In this document: positions 17,802-25,748 of the stretch, one piece after another | How the letters are laid out: each line of letters begins with the position of its first letter | Numbering within the stretch: the stretch's first letter is position 1 | Assembly: GCF_003248455.1 (NCBI RefSeq) | Contig: NZ_QFNM01000008.1 | Location: 3,586 to 67,585 of the forward strand | DNA length: 64,000 nt | From: Brevundimonas sp. | Lineage (GTDB): Bacteria > Pseudomonadota > Alphaproteobacteria > Caulobacterales > Caulobacteraceae | Direction: 5' to 3' | The notes under the pieces: generated by a model | Seen by the model: the letters and a program-made list of their open reading frames with translations, nothing else | Databases searched by the model: none | Told to the model about the DNA's origin: nothing | Program-made: the position numbers and the translations under genes

Positions 17802-18332
17802 TTAGGCCGCTTCGAGAGCACGCGCGTCTACCGTCATCCGGCCGGCGAACAGACCGCTCATCATGATTTCAGCGCGGCCCTCGGCGGTGGCGGCGGACAG
17901 CAGACGGCCGATTTGGTCCTTGAAGGCGCCGCTGATCACGCGGACCTCGGCGCCCTCCACCAGCGGTCGGTTCTTCGGCGTGAAGTAGAACTCGCCGGCG
18001 TTCTCACGTGACCTGAGTTCATCGACGAAGTTCCATGCCGTGCCATTGACTGTCTTGGACCGGATCGGATGCGCTGCACCGCCTGGCGAGCGGATGATCC
18101 CGCGCACGGACTTCGAACGCAGCGTGTCGAAGATCGATCGGGTTTGGGTGCCGACGAACAGGAAGCCGGGCAGTAGGGGATGCTGAACGACGACTTTGCC
18201 TTTCCTGGTCCGCCGAAGGCGGGTCTCTTGTGGAAGGTAGGCTTCGAGCCCGTCCATCGCTTGAATGTCGGCGAGGGCGGCGAGTTCGCCTCGGGGCGTC
18301 GTTTGAACGACGAACCAGTTGGTGCTGTTCAC
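17802..18332 (-). CDS. NusG-family paralogue (NGN + KOW), candidate element-specific antiterminator
   Basis: 176-aa ORF. WFVVQTTPRGE...PLLPGFLFVG is NGN-domain-like. GAEVRVISGAFKDQIGRL is KOW-like. Confidence 0.75.
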   Translation of the reverse strand: MNSTNWFVVQTTPRGELAALADIQAMDGLEAYLPQETRLRRTRKGKVVVQHPLLPGFLFVGTQTRSIFDTLRSKSVRGIIRSPGGAAHPIRSKTVNGTAWNFVDELRSRENAGEFYFTPKNRPLVEGAEVRVISGAFKDQIGRLLSAATAEGRAEIMMSGLFAGRMTVDARALEAA

Positions 18333-18529
18333 GGTGGATTCTCCACGCCGCAGCGCCAGCGTATGACGCGCGGCGGCTCGACATGGAGCGCATTTCGGCG
18401 GCCAGATCGAGAGGGCGATTAGGTTGTGAGGGAAGCCCTAGACCTATCGAAAAACCATTGAATTGTCAGGAAATGCGACATGGCGGCCGAGCCCCAGAAC
18501 TCTTTGAAACCCGGCCGTCAGCGCGGTGG

Positions 18530-19018
18530 TTAGGCGAAGATCGCGTCCACGGCGGCTTGGTCGAGATCGAACGGTCTACCCATTTGGTCCCAAGCTTCAA
18601 GCATTCGACGATAGCGTGAAAGGGCACCACTCCCATGGGAGTTCTTGGAAGGGGCGGACTCAGAGAAGTTGCCTTGGACATCCAAGACGAAGACCGAGAA
18701 GCCATAATGCGGCTCGTGGTTGCCGTCGAAGCCGGCGAACTTCGCGTAGCCCTTGGATGGCAAGGTGATGCCGCTCTGCTCGGCGTGGTGGAGGGCACGG
18801 TAGAGCGACAGAACGTCGAGGACTTCGGCAGTGACTTCTGGGTCAATGCCCTCTTCGTTGATCCCATTTATGAGGTCGGGATAATAGACTTCGTATCCGC
18901 CTTCGACGATCTGAATTTTCTCGTCGTATTGTTCGGCAGTGAGATCGCCCACCTCCAGTTCCTTCATGATCTGGAGCTGGTTGCGGAGAGCGAGGCGTTC
19001 AGCGAGCGTTAGTTTCAT
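18530..19018 (-). CDS. YfbU-family (UPF0304) protein
   Basis: 162-aa ORF, colinear with E. coli YfbU: M.LT.AERL.L.NQ, GY, MY/LY.ALH, F.GFD, Y.RML..W. Confidence 0.75.
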   Translation of the reverse strand: MKLTLAERLALRNQLQIMKELEVGDLTAEQYDEKIQIVEGGYEVYYPDLINGINEEGIDPEVTAEVLDVLSLYRALHHAEQSGITLPSKGYAKFAGFDGNHEPHYGFSVFVLDVQGNFSESAPSKNSHGSGALSRYRRMLEAWDQMGRPFDLDQAAVDAIFA

Positions 19019-19093
19019 GTGGCGTTTCCTTCACCGGACCTAACGCCGGCGCGGTGACAGACCACAAAACGGGCGGTTGCGTAAGGCGCAGTC

Positions 19094-19717
19094 GTGACGC
19101 GGTGTGCGATGGATCGACAGGGCGTGAACCTATGCCTTAGATGGCGGATGGTTTCGTTTCGTCAGCAGCTTTTCGTCGTCGCATACACTGTGGCCCTCGT
19201 CGCCTTGCCGCTCGGGCTTTGGTTTCGCCCTGAGGTCAAAGACATGCCTGCCTGGGTCCAGGCTGTGGGCTCGATTGCTGCAATCCTAGCGGCGATCTGG
19301 ATCGCTCAGTGGCAGGCCGGTCGCGAACGGCGCGACAGGTTGGAAGATCGGCGCGAACTTCGAAAGGCAGTCGCCGGACTGGCCCGTAGGATGGCCAACA
19401 TCATCGCTGATCATGCGGAAACCCTTGTCACCAACCCTGAGTATGCAACCTACGAAGGTCTCAGTTGGGCCGATTTGTTGCTGATCGATGCAGCGCTCGA
19501 ACGATTTGAACCCAGCGAGTTGGTATCGGCCGACGGTGTGCTTGCGATGGAGCGACTACGCCGAGATGCCAAGCATCTTAAGCATTGGGAGAAGATCGTC
19601 AGCGAAGTGACACGAGGGACCGATCAATATGACTACGACGTTGACGAAGCCATCTACCGGTGGCGCGATCGAGTTGAAGAAAGCGCCGCTGTTCTCGAAG
19701 GGCTTGCCCAGGCCTAG
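19094..19717 (+). CDS. Hypothetical membrane protein (two TM helices + helical cytoplasmic domain)
   Basis: 207-aa ORF. The real start may be MVSFRQQ at 19148. TM segments are LFVVAYTVALVALPLGLWF and AVGSIAAILAAIWIAQW. Confidence 0.5.
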   Translation: MTRCAMDRQGVNLCLRWRMVSFRQQLFVVAYTVALVALPLGLWFRPEVKDMPAWVQAVGSIAAILAAIWIAQWQAGRERRDRLEDRRELRKAVAGLARRMANIIADHAETLVTNPEYATYEGLSWADLLLIDAALERFEPSELVSADGVLAMERLRRDAKHLKHWEKIVSEVTRGTDQYDYDVDEAIYRWRDRVEESAAVLEGLAQA

Positions 19718-19764
19718 CCGAGTGAACCGTATCGCTATTGCAGGTGTAGGCACGAACATAGGCG

Positions 19765-20319
19765 GTGGATTTTGGCTCCAAAACGTGGACGCAATCGATG
19801 ACCAATGACTGGCAGGAAGAAGCCTTCGCCAAATACGTCGAGCAACAAAAACGTCTCGACGCCCTTCAGCGACAGAGGCTCGCCGAACGAGGAGAGGTTT
19901 TAATCGAACTCGTCGGATCGGACGATGACGGCGCGCCGAGTGACCCGCAGTTCCAAGCGGAGCTTTCCCCCATGGCGGATACGTTGGGGGCTAACGGGGT
20001 CTCGTATTCGCAGACGATGATGACGTTCGACGCAGCCGATGGCTTGGGTCATTCGCTGCCAGAGTTCACGGTGCTTTTGAAGACCTTAGGCGCCCCCGCG
20101 ATCGCCGCTGTGGCGGGGGTGGCTGGCACGTGGGTCGGCGGACGGTTGGGTCGGAAGGTTCGCCTGAAGATTGGTGATTTGGAAGCAGAGGGACGGTCGA
20201 TTGAAGAGGTCCAGGCTCTGCTGATCCTAGCTACGGACTATGCTGCGGAGAAGGCAGCGGAGAAGGCAGCGGAGAAGGGTGAGGTAGCTGAAACATCGTC
20301 GAAAGAGACGGAAAAATAG
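19765..20319 (+). CDS. Hypothetical protein with a Gly/Ala-rich hydrophobic helix and a C-terminal AEKAA repeat
   Basis: 184-aa ORF. APAIAAVAGVAGTWVGGRLGRKVRLKIGDLEAEGRSIEEVQALL, followed by an AEKAAEKAAEKGE tail. Confidence 0.5.
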   Translation: MDFGSKTWTQSMTNDWQEEAFAKYVEQQKRLDALQRQRLAERGEVLIELVGSDDDGAPSDPQFQAELSPMADTLGANGVSYSQTMMTFDAADGLGHSLPEFTVLLKTLGAPAIAAVAGVAGTWVGGRLGRKVRLKIGDLEAEGRSIEEVQALLILATDYAAEKAAEKAAEKGEVAETSSKETEK

Positions 20320-20422
20320 GCTACATACAAACTGCACACATTTGACACGCGGGCAGCCAAATAATTCAATAAAAACAACGCCAGAAATTGGCGTGTAGGC
20401 GGCCCGTCGCCGCCTACCAAAC

Positions 20423-20462
20423 AAAAAGGCCGCCGGATCGCTCCGGCGGCCTTCGTTTTTGG
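20423..20462. terminator. Bidirectional intrinsic terminator at the island/core junction
   Basis: AAAAAGGCCGCCGGA-TCGC-TCCGGCGGCCTTCGTTTTT: an 11-bp GC stem with an A-tract on one side and a T-tract on the other, between convergent genes. Confidence 0.8.
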
Positions 20463-20477
20463 CGCTCTGGTCGCCGG

Positions 20478-23400
20478 TCAGAAGCGGAAGCTGGCCCGCA
20501 GCAGCAGCGAGTAGCGGACATAATCCTCAAGCAATTCGGCGTCGCCGGTCAGAGACAGCATCCCCAACTCGTTGCCGAAGTTCAGGCGGAAGCCCAGGAT
20601 CGGCCCGCCCCCTTCGATGGCGTCCGGCGACAGGATGAAGTCCGGGCCGCCGCTGGCGAAACGGGCGATGGTCTCGCCCGCGTCCACCGAGATGTTCTGG
20701 CGATAGCCGACGCGCAGTTCGGGTCGGATCCAGCCGTTGCGGCCGAAGCCGTAGCCGATGTTCATCGCCGCCACAGCCGAGAAGATGTGGCTGTCGCGCG
20801 AATCGATGTCCAGATCGAAGCCGTCGCCGCCGCCGCTCTCGCTGCGCGAACCTTCCGACAGATGGAAGTATTCGCCGTACAGTTCGGGGCGAATGTTGAG
20901 CCGGCCGAAGTTGCGCTCGTACGAGGCGCCGCCCGCCACCGCGGCGGTCCAGCCGTGCCAGTCGGACTTGTTGTTCAGATAGACGCCGCTGGCGACCAGG
21001 GAGCGGTCGGCGTTGAAGCTGGCGTAGCCGCCCGCCGCGCGGGCCCAGGTTGTCCAGTACTGCCCCTGGGCCCGCCAGTAGAGGCCCAGTTCCAAAAGGT
21101 TGGCGGACAGGACCTCTTCGGCCTCGGCCTCCGGGTCCTTGATGTCGGACGAGGTGAAGGCGGCCGAAATGCCGATAGCGCCCAGGCCCGTGCCCTTTTC
21201 CACGCCGCCCGCGACGCCGAAGCCTTCCGAGCGGAAGCCGTAGGAATCGGTCTTGTCCTTGTCGGCGTAGAAGTTGATCTCCTGCACCCAGGCGCTGGTC
21301 TCGCCTGGGGCGGCGACGGCGTTGCGGCCGGTCAGGGCGCGGGTCACGGCGTCGACGCCGGCCGCCAGCGACATCAGCGGTCCCCCCGAATGGTCGGGCA
21401 GCATCTGCTCGTAGGCGTCGATGAAGCCGTCGCGCGTCGTCTGCGACAGGAACAGGTTGCGCACCGTCTCATTGTCGCCCAGGGCGGCGTAGACGGCGTC
21501 GTAGGCCGAGGCTTCGACGGGGATCAGATCGGCTTCGGCGGCCGAGCGGCGGCGCGCGTCGATATAGACGGTGTTGGCCGCCTGATCGACGCCGCCTTCG
21601 ACCACATAGAGATAGGGGGAGCTGCCGCTGAGCAGGCTCTGGTCGATCTGGCCGACATTCAGCGAACCGGCGGTGATGATGTCGAACCGCTCGGGCCCCT
21701 CCAGCAGCGAGGCGAAGCGCACGCCCAGGGTCGAGCCGGTCGCCAGGGTGGCCGCGCCGCTGACGTTGAATCCGCCCGAGGCGCTGGTGGCCGGGTCAAG
21801 AGTGACCAGCAGCGTGCCTTCTGCCCCCACGTTCAGGCTGGTGACGCCGACCACGCCGGTCTGGGTCGCGTTCAGCGTGCCCTTGCCGATGTTGATGTCC
21901 AGCAGGCCGTCGGCGTTCTTGATAGCGCCGGTGACGACCGCTCCGCCGCTGATGTTCAGCTTGTCCGCCCCGGCGCCGAAATCGATGTCGCCATTCACGA
22001 CGCCGTTCTCGATGTCGAGCGTATCGGCGCCCGAGCCCAGCTTGACGGCGCCGACGATGGCCGGCTCGCTTGCGTCTGGAACGCCGTCCTTGTCGGTGTC
22101 GGTCGCCGTGCTGTCCGAGGCCGCCGGTATGCCGTACTGACGCAGGGTCACGCCTGAGGTGTTGGCCGACAGGTCGATGGCCGTGACCGTGCCGTCCACG
22201 GCCGTCGCGTCGGTGCTGGTGGGCGTCAGGGAGCCGACAATGGACCCGGCGTTGTTCAGCTGGTTCAACGTCCCCGACTGATCGCGGATGACGACGGCCG
22301 AGCCGTGGTCGCCGCCGAAGGACGCCACCAGATTGCCGGTGTTGGTCAGGGAGCCGACATTGGCTCCGGCGCCGATCAGGATGCCGGTCGCGCTCTGGGT
22401 CTGGCCGCCCGAGGCCACGGCCTGGATGGCCCCCGAGTTGACGATGGCGGGGGCGGTGACGCCCGATCCGATCCAAAGGCCGGTGGCGTTGGCGTCAACG
22501 GCGGTGGAGGACACGCCGCCCTCGTTGCGCACGCCGCCGACGACGTTGACGGCCTGGCCGCCTGCGACGCCGAGTTGAACCGCACGGGATTCGACGCCGG
22601 AATAGAGGCCTGACGCCGTGATCGAGCCGCGGTTGATCAGGCCATAGGCCGCATCGCCCGAGCCCACGGCGCCCAGGGTCACGGCCTGGGTGGTCGATCC
22701 GACCAGCAGGGCCGGCGCGCCGCCCAGCGAGGTGATCGAGGCGGCCGTCTCGCTGGCGTCGGGGATGCCGTCGCCGTCCCGGTCGGAGTCGTCGCGGTTC
22801 TTGACGCCGTCGCCGTCGTCGTCCTCGTCGCCGTTCTTGACGCCATCGCCGTCGTCGTCGCCGTCGATGCCGGCGGCCGAATAGGCCAGGGCTTTATCGA
22901 ACAGGACGCCGCCCGCCACATTGGCGCCCACGCGGACCGCCGGTCCGCCCTGAAGCAGGTCGTCGTCGGCGTCCAACTCGTCCAGGAACAGGGTCGTGGC
23001 GTTGTCGTAGGAGCCCGTGGCGGGGCGCGCCGGCGGCGGGGTGGTGTAGCGATAACCGGTGGCGACCACCGACGAATGGATTTTCAGCGCGCCGCCCACG
23101 TCGCCTTCGATGGAGACGCCGCTCGCATTGGCGCCCAGGGCCGAGATGGTGCCGGCCAGATCGACGTTTCCGGTGATCGGACCCGTCGTGCGAATGGCCG
23201 CAGCGTTGTCGCCGGTGGCGCGGATCGTGCCCAGGCTCTGCAACTTGCCGTTCAGGCCCGTCTCGACCGCCAGGCCGTAGGAGTTGGCGCCCTCGACCGT
23301 GATCGCGCCGGTGCTTTCGACCAGGACGTCGCCGGTGAAGGGCGAGGGGCCCGCGACGCGTACGCCGTACCGCCCCGTGCCGGTCGCGAACGGACCGTCC

Positions 23401-23780
23401 AGGTCGCCGTCGCCGTCGGTATCCTTGACGTCGGCCGTTTCCTGGGCGTCGTTGACGGTGATCGAGCCGCCGACGATGACCGATCCCGTATTGCCGCCGT
23501 TGACCAGCAGGCCGGTCGAGCCGTCGGCCGACTTGTCCATCGTGATCGAACCGCCGCTGTCCAGATCCACCGTGTGGTTGGAGTCCAGCGTCACGGCGGC
23601 GCCCGAGGCCACGGCGACGCTGCCGCCGCTGGCGATGCGGATGTTGTCCGGGCCCGTGCCGGTCGCGTTCGACGTCTGGATCGGGGTCGTGCGGGCGGTT
23701 GAGACGACGATCTCGGCCTGAGACCCGGTGGCGACCATCAGAGGGGCGATCGCCACGGCGGTCGCGAGCAGAATACGCAT
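20478..23780 (-). CDS. Autotransporter outer-membrane protein (passenger with acidic Ca-binding-like repeats + C-terminal beta-barrel)
   Basis: Start at MRILLATAVAIAPLMVATGSQA (signal peptide). Gly/Thr/Ala-rich beta-helix-like passenger. DGDGVKNxD / DxDGDG repeats. C-terminal barrel with alternating aromatics ending ...LLRASFRF. Confidence 0.85.
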   Translation of the reverse strand: MRILLATAVAIAPLMVATGSQAEIVVSTARTTPIQTSNATGTGPDNIRIASGGSVAVASGAAVTLDSNHTVDLDSGGSITMDKSADGSTGLLVNGGNTGSVIVGGSITVNDAQETADVKDTDGDGDLDGPFATGTGRYGVRVAGPSPFTGDVLVESTGAITVEGANSYGLAVETGLNGKLQSLGTIRATGDNAAAIRTTGPITGNVDLAGTISALGANASGVSIEGDVGGALKIHSSVVATGYRYTTPPPARPATGSYDNATTLFLDELDADDDLLQGGPAVRVGANVAGGVLFDKALAYSAAGIDGDDDGDGVKNGDEDDDGDGVKNRDDSDRDGDGIPDASETAASITSLGGAPALLVGSTTQAVTLGAVGSGDAAYGLINRGSITASGLYSGVESRAVQLGVAGGQAVNVVGGVRNEGGVSSTAVDANATGLWIGSGVTAPAIVNSGAIQAVASGGQTQSATGILIGAGANVGSLTNTGNLVASFGGDHGSAVVIRDQSGTLNQLNNAGSIVGSLTPTSTDATAVDGTVTAIDLSANTSGVTLRQYGIPAASDSTATDTDKDGVPDASEPAIVGAVKLGSGADTLDIENGVVNGDIDFGAGADKLNISGGAVVTGAIKNADGLLDINIGKGTLNATQTGVVGVTSLNVGAEGTLLVTLDPATSASGGFNVSGAATLATGSTLGVRFASLLEGPERFDIITAGSLNVGQIDQSLLSGSSPYLYVVEGGVDQAANTVYIDARRRSAAEADLIPVEASAYDAVYAALGDNETVRNLFLSQTTRDGFIDAYEQMLPDHSGGPLMSLAAGVDAVTRALTGRNAVAAPGETSAWVQEINFYADKDKTDSYGFRSEGFGVAGGVEKGTGLGAIGISAAFTSSDIKDPEAEAEEVLSANLLELGLYWRAQGQYWTTWARAAGGYASFNADRSLVASGVYLNNKSDWHGWTAAVAGGASYERNFGRLNIRPELYGEYFHLSEGSRSESGGGDGFDLDIDSRDSHIFSAVAAMNIGYGFGRNGWIRPELRVGYRQNISVDAGETIARFASGGPDFILSPDAIEGGGPILGFRLNFGNELGMLSLTGDAELLEDYVRYSLLLRASFRF

Positions 23781-24092
23781 TCGGTAGAAACCCCTGGTGG
23801 TCACGCACAACGGTACAGGCGACCCCTTAGCAGGGTCCGCGCCAGCCTTCCTCAAGTTTATCGAATTTGAGGCGAATGCAAGGCCGCGGGAGCCGACGGG
23901 CCCGTCTATGACGCGACTGGCGTTCTGCGAAACGCAAGCTTTACGGCGAATACGGAGGGATTTGGCCCGGCCGCTCTTGAGCTTTGCCACGACCGGGTTT
24001 ACGGGCGTCGCACGGTCTTGCGCCGCGTCCACAACGACGCATCCAACGAACCCCTCCGGCGTTCGACAGCCCAGACCAGACGAGAACGCCCC

Positions 24093-25343
24093 ATGAGCAT
24101 GACCGACCTCGACGTCCAGGAAAGCGAACTCCGACTGATTCCGGGGCTGGACGTGGAAGTCGCCGATACGCTGCGGGCGCTGAAAGCCGCGGCGATGGAC
24201 GAGCGGCCGCGCCTGGTGGACACCACCATGCTGTTCGCGCCCCGTTCGGGCGGGGTGAAACGGTATCTCCTCTCCAAGAAGGCCTGGATCGAGGCCAACC
24301 GGCCGGGCGTCAGCCATTCGCTGATCGTGCCCGGCGCGCGGCACAAGGCCGGGGCCGACGGCGTCGTGCGATTGCGCGCGACCAAGCTGCCGTTCGGCGA
24401 CGGTTATCGCTGGCCCACCTCCGTCAAGCGCTGGAGCGCCTGGGTCGCGGCCATGAAGCCGTCGATCATCGAGGCCGGCGACCCCTATACGCCGGGGCAG
24501 GGCGCCTTGGAGGCCGGCCAGAGGGTGGGATGCCCCGTCGTCGGCTTCTGCCATTCGGACCCGGCGGGCCTGGCCGCCCTGCACTTCGGCGAATGGGCCA
24601 AGAAGCCGGTCGAGAAACGCTGGGCGCGCCTGTTTTCGCAATTCGACCGCGTCGTGTCGCCCAGCCGCTTCATCGCGCGGCGGCTGGAAGAGGCGGGCGT
24701 CGACAATATCGTGATCCGGCCCCTGGGCGTGGAGATCGACACCTTCCGGCCCGAGCGCCGCGACCGACAATGGCTGCTGGACCGGCTGGGTCTGGACCAG
24801 GACGCGCGCCTGTTGTGTTTCGCCGGGCGCCCGGCCAAGGAGAAGAACGTCGACGTGCTGATCGAGGCGGTCCAGAAGCTGGGTGCGCCCTATCACCTGG
24901 TGCTGGTCGGCGCCGGGTCGGGCATGCCGGACGAGGACCGGGTGATCTCCCTGCCTTACGAGACCGATCCCCGCGCCGTGGCCAAGATCATCGCCAGCTG
25001 CGACGCCTTCGTCCACGCCAACGACAAGGAGCCGTTCGGCCTGATCGTACTGGAGGCCATGGCCTGCGGCCGGCCGGTCGTGGGCGTCAACGCCGGCGGC
25101 GTGGCGGAGACGGTGGACGAGACGGTCGGCCAGCTGGCGGCGCGGGCCGAGGCGGCGGACTACGCCGAGGCGGTCCAGGCCCTGTTCGCGCGCGACATCG
25201 AAGCCATCGGCCGGGCGGCGCGCGAGAAGGCCGTCAGCCAGTTCGCCTGGACCCGGGTGTTCGAGGATCTGTGCAATGTCTATGGCGAATTGACGGGCGA
25301 GGCCGCCTTCATGAGCGCCGACGCGGAACTGCATCTGCACTGA
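24093..25343 (+). CDS. GT-B fold glycosyltransferase (family 4-like)
   Basis: APRSGGVKRYL N-terminal motif and EPFGLIVLEAMACGRPVV (E-x7-E region). Start chosen at MSMTD; the ORF is open from 24018. Confidence 0.8.
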   Translation: MSMTDLDVQESELRLIPGLDVEVADTLRALKAAAMDERPRLVDTTMLFAPRSGGVKRYLLSKKAWIEANRPGVSHSLIVPGARHKAGADGVVRLRATKLPFGDGYRWPTSVKRWSAWVAAMKPSIIEAGDPYTPGQGALEAGQRVGCPVVGFCHSDPAGLAALHFGEWAKKPVEKRWARLFSQFDRVVSPSRFIARRLEEAGVDNIVIRPLGVEIDTFRPERRDRQWLLDRLGLDQDARLLCFAGRPAKEKNVDVLIEAVQKLGAPYHLVLVGAGSGMPDEDRVISLPYETDPRAVAKIIASCDAFVHANDKEPFGLIVLEAMACGRPVVGVNAGGVAETVDETVGQLAARAEAADYAEAVQALFARDIEAIGRAAREKAVSQFAWTRVFEDLCNVYGELTGEAAFMSADAELHLH

Positions 25344-25416
25344 GCGCGGGCGGCCAGGCATGCGCCGCCCGAGCCGGCGGGCGCGCCACTTCTTCTAGCG
25401 ATGTCTGGAAAAGAAG

Positions 25417-25493
25417 TGGCGCGAGTGACGGGGCTCGAACCCGCGACCTCCGGCGTGACAGGCCGGCACTCTAACCAACTGAGCTACACCCGC
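25417..25493 (-). tRNA. tRNA-Asp (GTC), copy 1, CCA encoded
   Basis: The reverse complement folds as a cloverleaf: acceptor GCGGGTG/CACTCGC, anticodon loop CTGTCAC, T-arm GGTTCGAGCC. 77 nt. Confidence 0.95.
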
Positions 25494-25575
25494 GTACCTG
25501 CGACGAAACTTTTGAGCTGTTTCGAAAGCCTTGTGGGAAGGCGGCGTGCGCCACTCTTTCTATTCCTAGAGAGAG

Positions 25576-25652
25576 TGGCGCGAGTGACGGGGCTCGAACC
25601 CGCGACCTCCGGCGTGACAGGCCGGCACTCTAACCAACTGAGCTACACCCGC
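25576..25652 (-). tRNA. tRNA-Asp (GTC), copy 2, identical sequence
   Basis: An identical 77-nt sequence sits 82 nt upstream of copy 1. Confidence 0.95.
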
Positions 25653-25748
25653 GTTTCCCGGCCGAAGCAGCTGTGCGCCCCGGCGAGGGGCGTCGTTTAG
25701 GCGGCCCGACCCAGCGCGTCAAGCGACCTTTTCGGAGAAACGCGCCGC

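Larger units (their letters stand above)
1..20400. mobile_element. Mosaic genomic island (defence, replication/recombination and SOS-mutagenesis modules); left end lies beyond the window
   Basis: Gene content is typical of integrative elements: serine recombinase, AlpA-like HTH, primase-helicase, R-M, Shedu-like nuclease, umuDC and a NusG paralogue. Intergenic stretches are visibly AT-richer (e.g. 2109-2160, 14570-14690, 20330-20400). There is an abrupt switch to uniformly GC-rich housekeeping genes after the terminators at 20378-20462. Confidence 0.6.

Noticed and set aside
23781-25361. The upstream part of the 1627-aa minus-strand ORF (20478..25361) would make a giant protein.
   Set aside because: A clear signal peptide with its own ATG (MRILLATAVAIAPLMVATGSQA) starts the autotransporter at 23780. 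The extension is antisense to a well-supported glycosyltransferase gene and is Arg/Gly/Pro-rich junk typical of open antisense frames in high-GC DNA.
25417-25652. tRNA-Asp as the integration site of the 20-kb island.
   Set aside because: The island's compositional boundary is at ~20.4 kb, about 5 kb away, and core-like genes (autotransporter, GT) lie in between. No copy of the tRNA 3' end was seen near 20.3-20.5 kb, and no integrase is adjacent. This cannot be supported from this window.
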